Part shown: positions 6,848 through 15,190 of the stretch, one piece after another
Numbering within the stretch: the stretch's first letter is position 1
Layout: each line of letters begins with the position of its first letter
From: a virus
Taxonomy: Duplodnaviria > Caudoviricetes
DNA: 29,701 nt
Strand: one strand, 5' to 3'
IMG/VR virus record: IMGVR_UViG_3300020043_001641
Span: 1 to 29,701 of that record
Program-made: the position numbers and the translations under genes
The notes under the pieces: generated by a model
Database searches by the model: none
What the model saw: the letters and a program-made list of their open reading frames with translations, nothing else
Told to the model about the DNA's origin: nothing

Positions 6848-7027
6848 TTATTTATAAAAACCTCTACGTTCTTGGTTGAATTTCTCCCAAGCTTCTAATG
6901 TCGAAACGTGGTAAATTAATTTAGGGTGAATGTCCGCTTTTTTAACAGCATCCTCGTTTGAATGCGCTTGGACTATTCGCCAATCTCGAACACCCTCCGA
7001 TTGGTATATTAAATAATATGCTTTCAA
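6848..7027 (-). CDS. 59-aa hypothetical protein (TTG start)
   Basis: Hand translation MKAYYLIYQSEGVRDWRIVQAHSNEDAVKKADIHPKL...; TTGA overlap with the upstream stop; homologous to 1526-1771. Confidence 0.65.
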   Translation of the reverse strand: MKAYYLIYQSEGVRDWRIVQAHSNEDAVKKADIHPKLIYHVSTLEAWEKFNQERRGFYK

Positions 7028-7251
7028 AACGGTAGGTCGGTTTTCGGTTGTTCCAAACCCTCAAAAACGTCTTTCTTGTAAGGTTCGCTAATCTTCGCAC
7101 TGAAAAATTTGCCATTTTTACCGTCTTTAACCCATAAGGCTATCTCGAAGTCTTCGCCTTTTACGTTTATTTTACCTTTATAATCGGGGTGGTTATCCGC
7201 TTTTTTGTCGTTTTTAAATATTGCACCCGTGTTTGTGTTGTCGTAAGTCAT
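7024..7251 (-). CDS. Small SSB-like / DUF736-like protein (copy B)
   Basis: Nearly identical core to 1390-1599, different tail ending TDLPF. Confidence 0.65.
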   Translation of the reverse strand: MTYDNTNTGAIFKNDKKADNHPDYKGKINVKGEDFEIALWVKDGKNGKFFSAKISEPYKKDVFEGLEQPKTDLPF

Positions 7252-7263
7252 AACTTTTTAATT

Positions 7264-7473
7264 TTAATCTAAATTTACTTTATTTTCCTCTAATATACTA
7301 AAGAATTTTTCTCGTATTTCTTGGTAAATTTCCCATTTAGCTTGTGTTAGTTCTCCGTGTTTTAATTGCGAACGCATCCACTGGTTAAAGTCCCACAAAG
7401 CAACGTGGTAATCTAACCCTTTTAAATACGGTTCAGCATCTTGCATTGATTCAAATTCAAGTGTTATTTTCAT
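7264..7473 (-). CDS. Conserved phage hypothetical protein (copy B)
   Basis: Near-identical to 1168-1377. Confidence 0.8.
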   Translation of the reverse strand: MKITLEFESMQDAEPYLKGLDYHVALWDFNQWMRSQLKHGELTQAKWEIYQEIREKFFSILEENKVNLD

Positions 7474-7484
7474 TTTGTTCTAAT

Positions 7485-7649
7485 TTAAAGGTTAAACAAT
7501 CCTGCCCAATATAAAAGTAAAAATTCAATTCCAACCGCATATATTGTAGTATAGAGATTAAACTCACCTCTTGGTTGTCCGTGTTTTTTTGCACTTATTA
7601 AAAGTCCAATTGACCATAAAATAATTAATAAAATTACTGGTGTTTTCAT
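7485..7649 (-). CDS. Small two-TM membrane protein (copy B)
   Basis: One residue different from 992-1156. Confidence 0.7.
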   Translation of the reverse strand: MKTPVILLIILWSIGLLISAKKHGQPRGEFNLYTTIYAVGIEFLLLYWAGLFNL

Positions 7650-7650
7650 A

Positions 7651-7863
7651 CTAATATCGTTTAAGTTTTTCAATATAAAGCGTTGCATCCATTAACTCCT
7701 CTTGTAAGTGTTCAAGCCATTGACTAAATTCAACGTCTAATCGGTCTAAATTAGTCCCGTATTTTGCTTGTCCAACTCGGGAACGCTCCCAGTATTTAGC
7801 CATTACCGCCATTAAAACGCTATCGTCGTTTTGAATCGGTTCGTTTTCGTGTGTTATATTCAT
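7651..7863 (-). CDS. MazG-like NTP pyrophosphohydrolase family protein (copy B)
   Basis: Identical protein to 778-990. Confidence 0.55.
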   Translation of the reverse strand: MNITHENEPIQNDDSVLMAVMAKYWERSRVGQAKYGTNLDRLDVEFSQWLEHLQEELMDATLYIEKLKRY

Positions 7864-8525
7864 TTTATTAAGGTATTAAAGTATTTTCTACATTCTTCTA
7901 TTCGTGTTTTTATTTGCTCGATAACGTGTTCATCGTAGTTGAATAAATAAGCCTTTACTCTTCGGTCTTCTTGTATATTATCGAAATTGTGAGCAGCCAT
8001 AACATCTCGAATAGTTTCGTCACTAGGTTCGATTTCGTATTTTGACCACGCTGTCCGTCTGATTTCATCGTCTACAATATTTAAAGGGGTGTTAACTAAA
8101 CAATAAGCAACCATTCCAAAAGGTTTTCCAGTTAACCAAAGGTAACCCTGAACTTGGTAATAATAGTCTTTATTTGGAAGTTCGTCTTCGAACCACGGGA
8201 ACGTTAAAGCATTCCACGAACTTTTAACATCGATTACCATTTTATCCGTTATTACGTCGGGAGTTCCTTTAATGTAATCGTTTTCAAAATAGTCTTCGTT
8301 TTTTGTTACGAAACCCAACTCAAGAACACGTTCTGTTAATTCAATTGAAGCTTGTTCAACTTCGTTACCCTTGTCGGTGTAACGTGAATTAAAATCTTTT
8401 TTGATTCCGTATAAATGTTCAAGTGCTAATTCCTGAAGATAGCTTTTCGTCGTTTGGCTTAACACCTCGGATTTACTCCGAGGGTTAGTCATTATTTTAC
8501 CGATTGCGCTGCATCTTATTTTCAT
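7860..8525 (-). CDS. YqaJ/lambda-exonuclease-like nuclease (copy B)
   Basis: Near-identical to 116-781; start set at 8525 (MKIRCS, TAATG overlap with the upstream stop). Confidence 0.8.
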   Translation of the reverse strand: MKIRCSAIGKIMTNPRSKSEVLSQTTKSYLQELALEHLYGIKKDFNSRYTDKGNEVEQASIELTERVLELGFVTKNEDYFENDYIKGTPDVITDKMVIDVKSSWNALTFPWFEDELPNKDYYYQVQGYLWLTGKPFGMVAYCLVNTPLNIVDDEIRRTAWSKYEIEPSDETIRDVMAAHNFDNIQEDRRVKAYLFNYDEHVIEQIKTRIEECRKYFNTLIK

Positions 8526-8965
8526 TACCATAACCATTTAATAAATTTTCTAATTACTCCTATTTGAACCGTGTTTGTATTGTCAATTTTAGGTTGTTCT
8601 TGAAATGTTTCAGGTTCAATTTTAACTTTACGATTGTATTGTCTTTTTTGGTCGAATAAAGTAGGTGTTTGGCTTATTTCTTTTAAACGTCTTGTTTGAT
8701 TAAAATCAAATATTTCATCTAAAAAAGAATTTACAATTTTAATATTTGGCTCGTATACGTCATTCCAATAATAAAAGCCATTATTTTTTTTATAAATTAT
8801 TTCTTTTTTTATTAAGAAATAAGGAAAATTATTTGAAGTGTTAAATTGCTTTGATAAAATTCTTAAATCAGAATATTTTCCGCTTTTTTGTTGGTAAGCC
8901 GTTAAACAATTTAAATACTTTGAAATGGTTTCAGGTCTTGAACCTCTTCTTTTTACTGTTTTCAT
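8525..8965 (-). CDS. Hypothetical basic protein, possibly DNA-binding
   Basis: 146-aa ORF coupled to both neighbours; differs from the gene found upstream of the copy A exonuclease. Confidence 0.65.
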   Translation of the reverse strand: MKTVKRRGSRPETISKYLNCLTAYQQKSGKYSDLRILSKQFNTSNNFPYFLIKKEIIYKKNNGFYYWNDVYEPNIKIVNSFLDEIFDFNQTRRLKEISQTPTLFDQKRQYNRKVKIEPETFQEQPKIDNTNTVQIGVIRKFIKWLW

Positions 8966-9495
8966 AGTTGGTTAAGTTGATTAATTTGTGATTGTGTTAA
9001 ACTAAATTTACTCAAGTCTGTCTTTGTGGCAAGTCCGTCTTCAATAGCAGTTAAAGCCTTTTGAAAGCGTTCATCTGAAATAGTCGGCTTTTGCGTTTTA
9101 ATAGCTTCTGTTGCTAAATTCGAATCGTCGTCGATAGCTTGTAAGCTTAACAAACTTTGAAGCGTGTAACGGCGAAAATAAGTAACTGCCGAACCGATTT
9201 TTTGAGGGTCTAAAATCTCGGGTAATTTCATACAACTCTCGCAAATTTCACCCGAATCGATATCGATTATTCGACTAAACACATAACCGTCTTCAATTGG
9301 TTGTAATAATAATAGGTCATTTTCTAGTAGAACTGGTTCAACCTCGTCAAGTATTGCATTAATGTCGGCATAATTGTTCTTAAAGTGTGGATTTTTAGCG
9401 TTCTTTGCTACCTTTTTAATTGATTGCTTTGCTTTGTGAAGCTTTTGCAGGAATGTTAAGGCCGCAACCTCAACGATTTGTTCTTGTTTTTTCAT
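8962..9495 (-). CDS. erf: ERF-family single-strand annealing protein
   Basis: KNAKNPHFKNNYAD and PQKIGSAVTYFRRYTLQSLL motifs. Confidence 0.85.
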   Translation of the reverse strand: MKKQEQIVEVAALTFLQKLHKAKQSIKKVAKNAKNPHFKNNYADINAILDEVEPVLLENDLLLLQPIEDGYVFSRIIDIDSGEICESCMKLPEILDPQKIGSAVTYFRRYTLQSLLSLQAIDDDSNLATEAIKTQKPTISDERFQKALTAIEDGLATKTDLSKFSLTQSQINQLNQL

Positions 9496-9520
9496 TTTTA
9501 TTAGATTTGATTGTTTAAAA

Positions 9521-9922
9521 TTATAACATTTTTCCGATAAGTCCGTCTAATCGAACTAAATTTTTTGCGTAATTAACCCAAATATCATTTTCAGGGTAGT
9601 AATTTAAAGGAAAACACGCTTTAACCTTTTCGATGTTTTGAACAATTTCGGGGTGTCCGTAACCCTCGTAAGCATTAACCACTGCTTTAATAGCGTGAAT
9701 CGTTACGGCGTGGTTTCGGTGAAATTCTTTTCCAGCTTCGGCAAGTGACGCACCGCTTAACCACTTCCAAACCATACCAACAGACCTCCACAATACAACT
9801 TCTCTTTTTCTAGTGTCGATTAAATCACCCTCAAAAACGAACGGACACGCATTATAAAAGTCTATCATTTCGAACTTAGTGCATTCTGTTAATTTAGCTA
9901 TTTTTCCCCTGTTGTATTTCAT
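9521..9922 (-). CDS. DnaA domain-IV-like helix-turn-helix protein
   Basis: TRKREVV..R..GM......SLAEAGKEFHRNHAVTIHAIK resembles the DnaA C-terminal R..AMYL...SL..IG..F.RDHTTV.HA signature. Confidence 0.7.
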   Translation of the reverse strand: MKYNRGKIAKLTECTKFEMIDFYNACPFVFEGDLIDTRKREVVLWRSVGMVWKWLSGASLAEAGKEFHRNHAVTIHAIKAVVNAYEGYGHPEIVQNIEKVKACFPLNYYPENDIWVNYAKNLVRLDGLIGKML

Positions 9923-10040
9923 TGCTTTTGGCTTTTAAAATTTGTAAATAAAGTTGTAAGTTAAATGAACCACCTTTGTCTCCCTCGTGTTTTTTACGTG
10001 TCCAGTATTCAATTATTGTGTTTAAGTCGATGTAATTCAT
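9894..10040 (-). CDS. Small hypothetical protein
   Basis: MNYIDLNTIIEYW...; ATG 10040 directly follows the upstream stop. Confidence 0.55.
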   Translation of the reverse strand: MNYIDLNTIIEYWTRKKHEGDKGGSFNLQLYLQILKAKSNEIQQGKNS

Positions 10041-10041
10041 T

Positions 10042-10251
10042 CTATTCTGATTTAAAGGTTTCGTTGTAGTATTGTTCACTTTTTAATTCGCTTTTAATTT
10101 CTCCGTTTAAATATCCACCGAACCAAGCATTAACAATTTGTTGCTTTTCCATTTCTTTGGCTTGTTCAATTACTCGTTTAATTTCATTTTGTGTTAAATG
10201 ATTTTCGCCATCTAATTGTTCTATCAACCATTCTACTGCTGTCTGTTTCAT
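10042..10251 (-). CDS. Small phage protein of the MKQTAVEWL type
   Basis: MKQTAVEWL...EQAKEMEKQQI..A...EQYYNETF, a pattern recalled from Bacteroidota phages. Confidence 0.75.
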   Translation of the reverse strand: MKQTAVEWLIEQLDGENHLTQNEIKRVIEQAKEMEKQQIVNAWFGGYLNGEIKSELKSEQYYNETFKSE

Positions 10252-10252
10252 T

Positions 10253-10576
10253 TTAAAATCCGTATTTAAGTGAATAATATTTGTCTTTCCAACTATCGTC
10301 GTCTTCTTCTCCGTAATACTCTTCGAAATGGTCTTTTAAGCGTTCGTTAATTTCTTCGTGAACCCATTCGATAAAGTCTAAGTCGAAGCCGTGGCTTTCT
10401 AAAGCGGTTGATGGTATTTCAACTGTATCGTGATTGTCGTTAACATAAGAAAACTTCATTGAATTGTAAATGCAACAAAAGTTTTGGTATTGAAAGTCGA
10501 CACGGTAGTCAGTACCGTTAAGCGTGAACTCAACGCATTCTAAATCTAAATAGATGTATAAGTTTAAATTTTTCAT
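10253..10576 (-). CDS. Acidic hypothetical early protein
   Basis: 107-aa ORF with A-rich leader, in operon orientation. Confidence 0.7.
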   Translation of the reverse strand: MKNLNLYIYLDLECVEFTLNGTDYRVDFQYQNFCCIYNSMKFSYVNDNHDTVEIPSTALESHGFDLDFIEWVHEEINERLKDHFEEYYGEEDDDSWKDKYYSLKYGF

Positions 10577-10587
10577 TTTTCGTGTTT

Positions 10588-10662
10588 TTAAAGTGATTCA
10601 ATAATTCCGATAATTAATCCTAGTAAATAAACTGCTAGTGCAAATTTTAAGAAGTCTTTCAT
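10588..10662 (-). CDS. 24-aa single-TM peptide
   Basis: Hand translation MKDFLKFALAVYLLGLIIGIIESL*; A-rich leader. Confidence 0.55.
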   Translation of the reverse strand: MKDFLKFALAVYLLGLIIGIIESL

Positions 10663-10679
10663 TTTTCTTGTTTTTAATT

Positions 10680-10704
10680 GTGCGTTACGGATGCGCACCC
10701 CCCG
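10680..10704 (-). ncRNA. Compact GC-rich hairpin/pseudoknot candidate
   Basis: CGGGGGGUGCGCAUCCGUAACGCAC: stem GUGCG/CGCAC, and the loop UCCG can pair with the upstream CGGG. Confidence 0.4.
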
Positions 10705-10712
10705 TTTATTAA

Positions 10713-10883
10713 TTATAAAATATTAATTCTATATTCTAAACTTTGAATTTCATTAATTAATAATTGCTTTACTTGCTCAAATTCTTTACGTTCCCAGTTT
10801 TCTAAATTAGAATTTAAAGCGTTATTTGTAGATTCTAATGCTCCTTTTTTTGTTCTTAAATCTTCGATTAATATTGTTTTCAT
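10713..10883 (-). CDS. 56-aa first early gene, hypothetical
   Basis: Hand translation MKTILIEDLRTKKGALESTNNALNSNLENWERKEFEQVKQLLINEIQSLEYRINIL*; starts 30 nt after the promoter box. Confidence 0.6.
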   Translation of the reverse strand: MKTILIEDLRTKKGALESTNNALNSNLENWERKEFEQVKQLLINEIQSLEYRINIL

Positions 10884-10913
10884 ATTTCTGTTTTTTCGTT
10901 GTTGATTACCTTA

Positions 10914-10921
10914 CAAATGTA
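10914..10921 (-). promoter_or_regulatory. Early promoter, Bacteroidota -7 box TACATTTG
   Basis: TAnnTTTG at the head of the early operon, with long upstream A-tracts. Confidence 0.7.
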
Positions 10922-10936
10922 AATAACTTTTTTAAT

Positions 10937-10945
10937 TGTGAATAA
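10937..10945 (-). promoter_or_regulatory. DnaA-box match TTATTCACA within the early promoter
   Basis: Fits TTWTNCACA; single copy, flanked by AAAAGTTATT direct repeats. Confidence 0.35.
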
Positions 10946-11031
10946 CTTTTCTGAACTTTTTTTTAATTTTTTTTCGATTATTTTCTAAAAACCAATAAAA
11001 TCAAGGGTTTCCGAATGAAAATTTTTTTCAT

Positions 11032-11063
11032 AAAAAAAGAGGTGCTAATTAAAGCACCCCTTT
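11032..11063 (-). terminator. Intrinsic terminator ending the late/lysis transcript
   Basis: AGGGGUGCU-uuaauu-AGCACCUCU followed by a U tract. Confidence 0.8.
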
Positions 11064-11105
11064 CTGAATCAAACCTAACCTACTTAAAAACAAGAATAGG
11101 CTAAT

Positions 11106-11882
11106 TTAAGAAATATTTTTTTCTTTTATTTTATGTGTCAATAAGTCTTGGTAGCATTTATGTGAAATGGTGAACTTTTCGGGACAACCGTCTTTGCAAT
11201 ACATTTGGTAGCGTAACGTTCCCATTTTGGTAGTGTATCTTTTATGCAAATTTATATTGTAACCTGAACACGTAGGACACGAATACTTTTCTTCGCCAAA
11301 TAACACTCCGTAATGGGTCGTATTTTGAACGTAAGGTTGTAATTTATTAAATACCTTTTCAAGAATTATCACGTCTTGTTTACAATAGTCAACCATCAAC
11401 CCCAAAGCCTCAGCATCTTTGTCTAAAACTATCTTTTTCCACGTTGAAAAACCGCCGTTATCTTTCTTTTGACCCTCACCAAATAATTTAGCTAAGTAGT
11501 CCAGTTTATTTGAATTGAAATAAAAGCCGTTTTTAGCGTGTTTAAGCGTGTCAATCGATACGTAATAGGGTAACATATCAACGCCCTGCAATAAAGCCCG
11601 TGTACGTAGCCATTTAACGTCAAACCTATCCGAATTGTGTCCGATTATTTCGTGCGCTGAATTCATTACTTTAATGAAGTCTTTTAAAAGCTTCTTGTCG
11701 TCTTGTTTTTTATCCCAAGTTAACGAGTGAATTTCGTCTTTACCCTCCCACTTCCAACAAACACAAATAATTTTCCTTTCTTCGATAATGTTGTCGGGGT
11801 CAATGTTTAATTTGTAACCACTTCGCCAACTAAAAACAATATTTGGACTAACTTCAATGTCAAAGAATAAGCGTTTACGCAT
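11106..11882 (-). CDS. DEDD/RNase H-like 3'-5' exonuclease (YprB/PolB-exo-like) with C-terminal Zn ribbon
   Basis: LFFDIE, GHNSDRFD and YCKQDV motifs; CPTC...CKDGC. Confidence 0.8.
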   Translation of the reverse strand: MRKRLFFDIEVSPNIVFSWRSGYKLNIDPDNIIEERKIICVCWKWEGKDEIHSLTWDKKQDDKKLLKDFIKVMNSAHEIIGHNSDRFDVKWLRTRALLQGVDMLPYYVSIDTLKHAKNGFYFNSNKLDYLAKLFGEGQKKDNGGFSTWKKIVLDKDAEALGLMVDYCKQDVIILEKVFNKLQPYVQNTTHYGVLFGEEKYSCPTCSGYNINLHKRYTTKMGTLRYQMYCKDGCPEKFTISHKCYQDLLTHKIKEKNIS

Positions 11883-11915
11883 AAAAAAGGTTTAGGTAAA
11901 TAAAAAAAGCGGTTG

Positions 11916-12473
11916 TTATGCCGCTTCGAATTCGTCTACAATTACAAAACTCCAAATAAATTGAGGTTTCATTAAGTTTAGAATCTTAACAAAGTCAGGC
12001 GTATTATTAAACACTAAACAACCCTCAGACCAACCGCCGATGTTTTCAACTATTCTAGTTGATTTTAAATCGTGTGTTGCAGCGTGAAAATTAAAACCTC
12101 GAATGTCCGTTTTTATCTCGGTTGTTGGGTTCGTTTTTCCGTCCGTTGTAAAGTCTCGTCGATACGGGAAACCTTTTCTTTGAACTCCAGCTGGTGTTTT
12201 CCCTCGGTGCAATCCTAAATAATAACCGTCGTAGTTCCAAACGTTAGCCTCAACAACTCCCGTCCCTTTGTGACCTTTGTTCGTGGTGCAAGTTGTTACC
12301 ATGACAAATTTCGACCCTTTAAAGATGTAACATTTATCGTCAAACTTGTCGGCAGCATCTTCGTTTGAGCGCACAAATAACGCCCAGTAATTAGACGGTA
12401 TTTTTTCAAAAGTCTCCAAGCTTTTAACCTTGTCTAGTAACTGCGCATCGGTGTATTTTCTCACATTATTCAT
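11916..12473 (-). CDS. Putative endolysin with L,D-transpeptidase (YkuD)-like catalytic motif
   Basis: GFNFH...H-x14-SEGC; follows holin-like and spanin-like genes. Confidence 0.6.
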   Translation of the reverse strand: MNNVRKYTDAQLLDKVKSLETFEKIPSNYWALFVRSNEDAADKFDDKCYIFKGSKFVMVTTCTTNKGHKGTGVVEANVWNYDGYYLGLHRGKTPAGVQRKGFPYRRDFTTDGKTNPTTEIKTDIRGFNFHAATHDLKSTRIVENIGGWSEGCLVFNNTPDFVKILNLMKPQFIWSFVIVDEFEAA

Positions 12474-12946
12474 AACCCTATTTTTTTATTGGTTTTTAAA
12501 AGTATTATAATAAGGGCAACAAGTCCAAGAATAACCGCTAAAAACTTCATTACGCTGGACCAACTGGTCTTTTTTTCCACTTGTATTTCTTTGCGTTCCG
12601 TCTTTGCGTCTTGTTTTAGCTTAACTCTGTCTGTTTTAGCGTCTTGTTGAATCTGTTCCTTTATTATTTTATATTCGGTTTTCGTTTGGTATCTAGTTTT
12701 AGGTACGTAAACCGTGTTATTTTGAACGATAGTGTCACGGTAGTTGTAAAAATATTCTTTGAAGCCGTCTTTTATTATTGAATCTTTGAAATAAATTCTT
12801 ACCGTGTCGATTCGTGTTTCAATCTTTGCACCTTTTTTTATAGCCTTGTTGATGTGATAGGACGCCGAACAACCATAGAATAATAAAAATAAAGCCGTTA
12901 ATAAACAAGCTAAAATAAACCCTAAAAGTTTCTCAAGGTTAATCAT
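12470..12946 (-). CDS. Lipoprotein with C-terminal TM helix, unimolecular-spanin-like
   Basis: Hydrophobic signal ending LFYG|C and a C-terminal hydrophobic helix FLAVILGLVALIIILL. Confidence 0.6.
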   Translation of the reverse strand: MINLEKLLGFILACLLTALFLLFYGCSASYHINKAIKKGAKIETRIDTVRIYFKDSIIKDGFKEYFYNYRDTIVQNNTVYVPKTRYQTKTEYKIIKEQIQQDAKTDRVKLKQDAKTERKEIQVEKKTSWSSVMKFLAVILGLVALIIILLKTNKKIGL

Positions 12947-13374
12947 TCTTGAAGTTCTTTTTTAACGTCCTTAACTTTTCGAACCGTGTTTATTACCTTT
13001 TCTAAAAACGAATAACCTTTAACCGCCTTGAAACTTTCGTCCATTGATTTGACCTCAATTGAAATCAAAACCAACGCTAACAATTTAGTACTTAAGAAAT
13101 CAACTGCAACAACCGTTTGTGTTAGGTCGTTTAAAATATAGAAGTCGGTGCAATAAGTTATAATAACCGCAGCGCAATAAGTTATTAACTTAGGAACAAA
13201 GCCGTGGCGTAGCTTTTTAGATTGAATTGAAACGTTCGTATTATAAGCCCTCCAAAGTCCGAACAAAGTGTCTATAATAGTCGATAAAGCAACCAATAAA
13301 ACGATGTATTTAATCGGACTTAAAAATATTAATAACGCTTTAAATAAGCCTGAAATATAACTTGCTATTTTCAC
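12943..13374 (-). CDS. Holin (phage holin 4-like)
   Basis: Three to four TM segments, IIDTLFGLWRA...SKKLR...KLITY...IEVKSMDESF, charged C-terminus. Confidence 0.75.
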   Translation of the reverse strand: MKIASYISGLFKALLIFLSPIKYIVLLVALSTIIDTLFGLWRAYNTNVSIQSKKLRHGFVPKLITYCAAVIITYCTDFYILNDLTQTVVAVDFLSTKLLALVLISIEVKSMDESFKAVKGYSFLEKVINTVRKVKDVKKELQE

Positions 13375-13880
13375 AAAATTAAAATTTGATTAGTGAATCC
13401 AGTGTCTTCTTTTTTAGCAGGTTTAATGTCGCTATCCTTATTCAAGTCCGAAATGAATTCAGGAAACAAGGCTTTGTTTTCTTTTAAGTATTTAAACAAC
13501 CTAGCTTCGTAAAAACTTGCCTTTTGTGCGTAATGTTCCATTGAAAATACAACTTCGTTTTGTGTCACTTGGCTTGAATAGTCCCCGAATTGTTGTTGAA
13601 TACCTTTATTTTTAAGTTGGTAGCTTAACCCAAAAACGGCGTCTTCAGCACTTCGCCACGCAACGACTGGCTGAATATAGGTAACTAGTGTTTCTTCGTC
13701 GTTGTTTAAGGTTTGCGCGTTGTAACCCGTTAGCATATAATTGTAAAAGTACGTTCCAAGAATTGGTTGAACTCGCATATCGCTTTGAGTTTTAATATAA
13801 GGAACAACGTCATTAACGTCAACATTTGCCGTTATTGGTGTTTGCGTCTTTAAATAGTTTTCAGTTATAAAATAAATCAT
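13371..13880 (-). CDS. Head-tail adaptor/connector (putative)
   Basis: Helical 169-aa protein directly after the portal; IQP.LG..F/Y pattern. Confidence 0.55.
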   Translation of the reverse strand: MIYFITENYLKTQTPITANVDVNDVVPYIKTQSDMRVQPILGTYFYNYMLTGYNAQTLNNDEETLVTYIQPVVAWRSAEDAVFGLSYQLKNKGIQQQFGDYSSQVTQNEVVFSMEHYAQKASFYEARLFKYLKENKALFPEFISDLNKDSDIKPAKKEDTGFTNQILIL

Positions 13881-15190
13881 TGCGCAGGTGTTTGATTATT
13901 AGAATCTCCGTTTTCAATCGGTGGTAAAGAAGCCATTGCACGAATTTCGTTAACGGTCATATTTTCCAAAACTTTAACCGCTAGTTCTGGTCGCATTGTA
14001 CTCAAAGCGTCGTTTATTGCTGAAACGTTTTCGTCTCTCTCGACAATTGTTTCGTTTACTATTTGGAAGTTGTTTATAGTTAAGGTTGCTTTAACTTGGC
14101 AAATTTCCATTAAGTCGTTGAATATTTCTTCAATAATACCTCTTAAAGGAATTATCGTGTTTTTCTCGAATATAATATAAGCCTGTTTAATGTCACTACC
14201 TGAACCTAGTTTTCCGCTAACTCTGATTCCCATTAATATAGGGTCGATAATATGCGCTTGACAAATTTTTGAATCAATGCTTTCGGTAGTGTTTTGAAAT
14301 AAATTGTCGTTTGAATTCGTTGGTATGGATTCGATTTTCGGTAGGCTTTCCGCATTATTCGCAAAGAATGCAATTGCTTTCCCGCCATTTTGCGCACCTT
14401 TAGCCTTGTCAATAGTGTTTTTAATAGCAACCTTTTCTTCTTCGCTTTGTGGTTTCTTAGGAAACATCATCGCAAAGCTTGGGAAAATACTATTTATAAT
14501 ATTAGACTTCTGCAAATAACTCATTTCACCATCCAAAAACGCCCAATTCATAGCACTCGAATACTGTGGTAAAGGGTAAACGTCTTGTCCTACCGAGTGC
14601 AATTCCCAAACATATAAGCATTCTCTTTGATTTGTTCCCCACTTGTAAGGTTTAACCGTCTTAATATCGATTTGTGAGTTCCAGTCGTCACAAATAAAAT
14701 AGTTTTCTCCGTATTTGTCACGTCTTACCTTTTCAGCACCTATATGTTTAATCTTAATAACGTCACCAATTTGGTTAAAGCATAAATAAAAATAAACGCG
14801 GTTATGAATAATAACGTCTTTCGTTACAACTGGAATCATTTTTTTAAGGTTAACACGCTTATCAAATGTATAAACGTCTACCTTTTCCATTGCCGTAGCA
14901 TCCTTTGAAATCGTCAATTCAAAGCCACCACCCACCGCAGCGTTGGTTTTGTAGTCTACTATTGCACCGTGTAACGGCGAAGTAAAGTACATTTGATTTA
15001 AAAGCTGTGGGTAAAGGTTGTCCGAACCGAATCGAATGTAACCATTAACTTGTTGTCTAGGGTTTACGTATGGTAAACTTAGATTACCCTCACCAACCTT
15101 TAAAAAAGGTGTTGAAAACGCTTGGTAATTGTTGCCCTCAACAACTTGAACGCTTTCTTTTTTTCCTATTTCGAATCCGAATATTTTCAT
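13877..15190 (-). CDS. Portal protein
   Basis: FG.DNLYPQ.L...Y..SPLHGAIV..K, YPLPQY, G..NGGK, ICQAH...P.LMGI...GKLG; size fits a portal. Confidence 0.8.
   Translation of the reverse strand: MKIFGFEIGKKESVQVVEGNNYQAFSTPFLKVGEGNLSLPYVNPRQQVNGYIRFGSDNLYPQLLNQMYFTSPLHGAIVDYKTNAAVGGGFELTISKDATAMEKVDVYTFDKRVNLKKMIPVVTKDVIIHNRVYFYLCFNQIGDVIKIKHIGAEKVRRDKYGENYFICDDWNSQIDIKTVKPYKWGTNQRECLYVWELHSVGQDVYPLPQYSSAMNWAFLDGEMSYLQKSNIINSIFPSFAMMFPKKPQSEEEKVAIKNTIDKAKGAQNGGKAIAFFANNAESLPKIESIPTNSNDNLFQNTTESIDSKICQAHIIDPILMGIRVSGKLGSGSDIKQAYIIFEKNTIIPLRGIIEEIFNDLMEICQVKATLTINNFQIVNETIVERDENVSAINDALSTMRPELAVKVLENMTVNEIRAMASLPPIENGDSNNQTPAQ

Larger units (their letters stand above)
7080..8525 (-). repeat. Right arm of the 1446-bp diverged inverted repeat (partner 116-1561)
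   Basis: Direct comparison of DNA and translations with 116-1561. Confidence 0.95.

Noticed and set aside
6704-6898. 64-aa plus-strand ORF
   Set aside because: Antisense to the structured RNA and neighbouring genes, with no counterpart in copy A.
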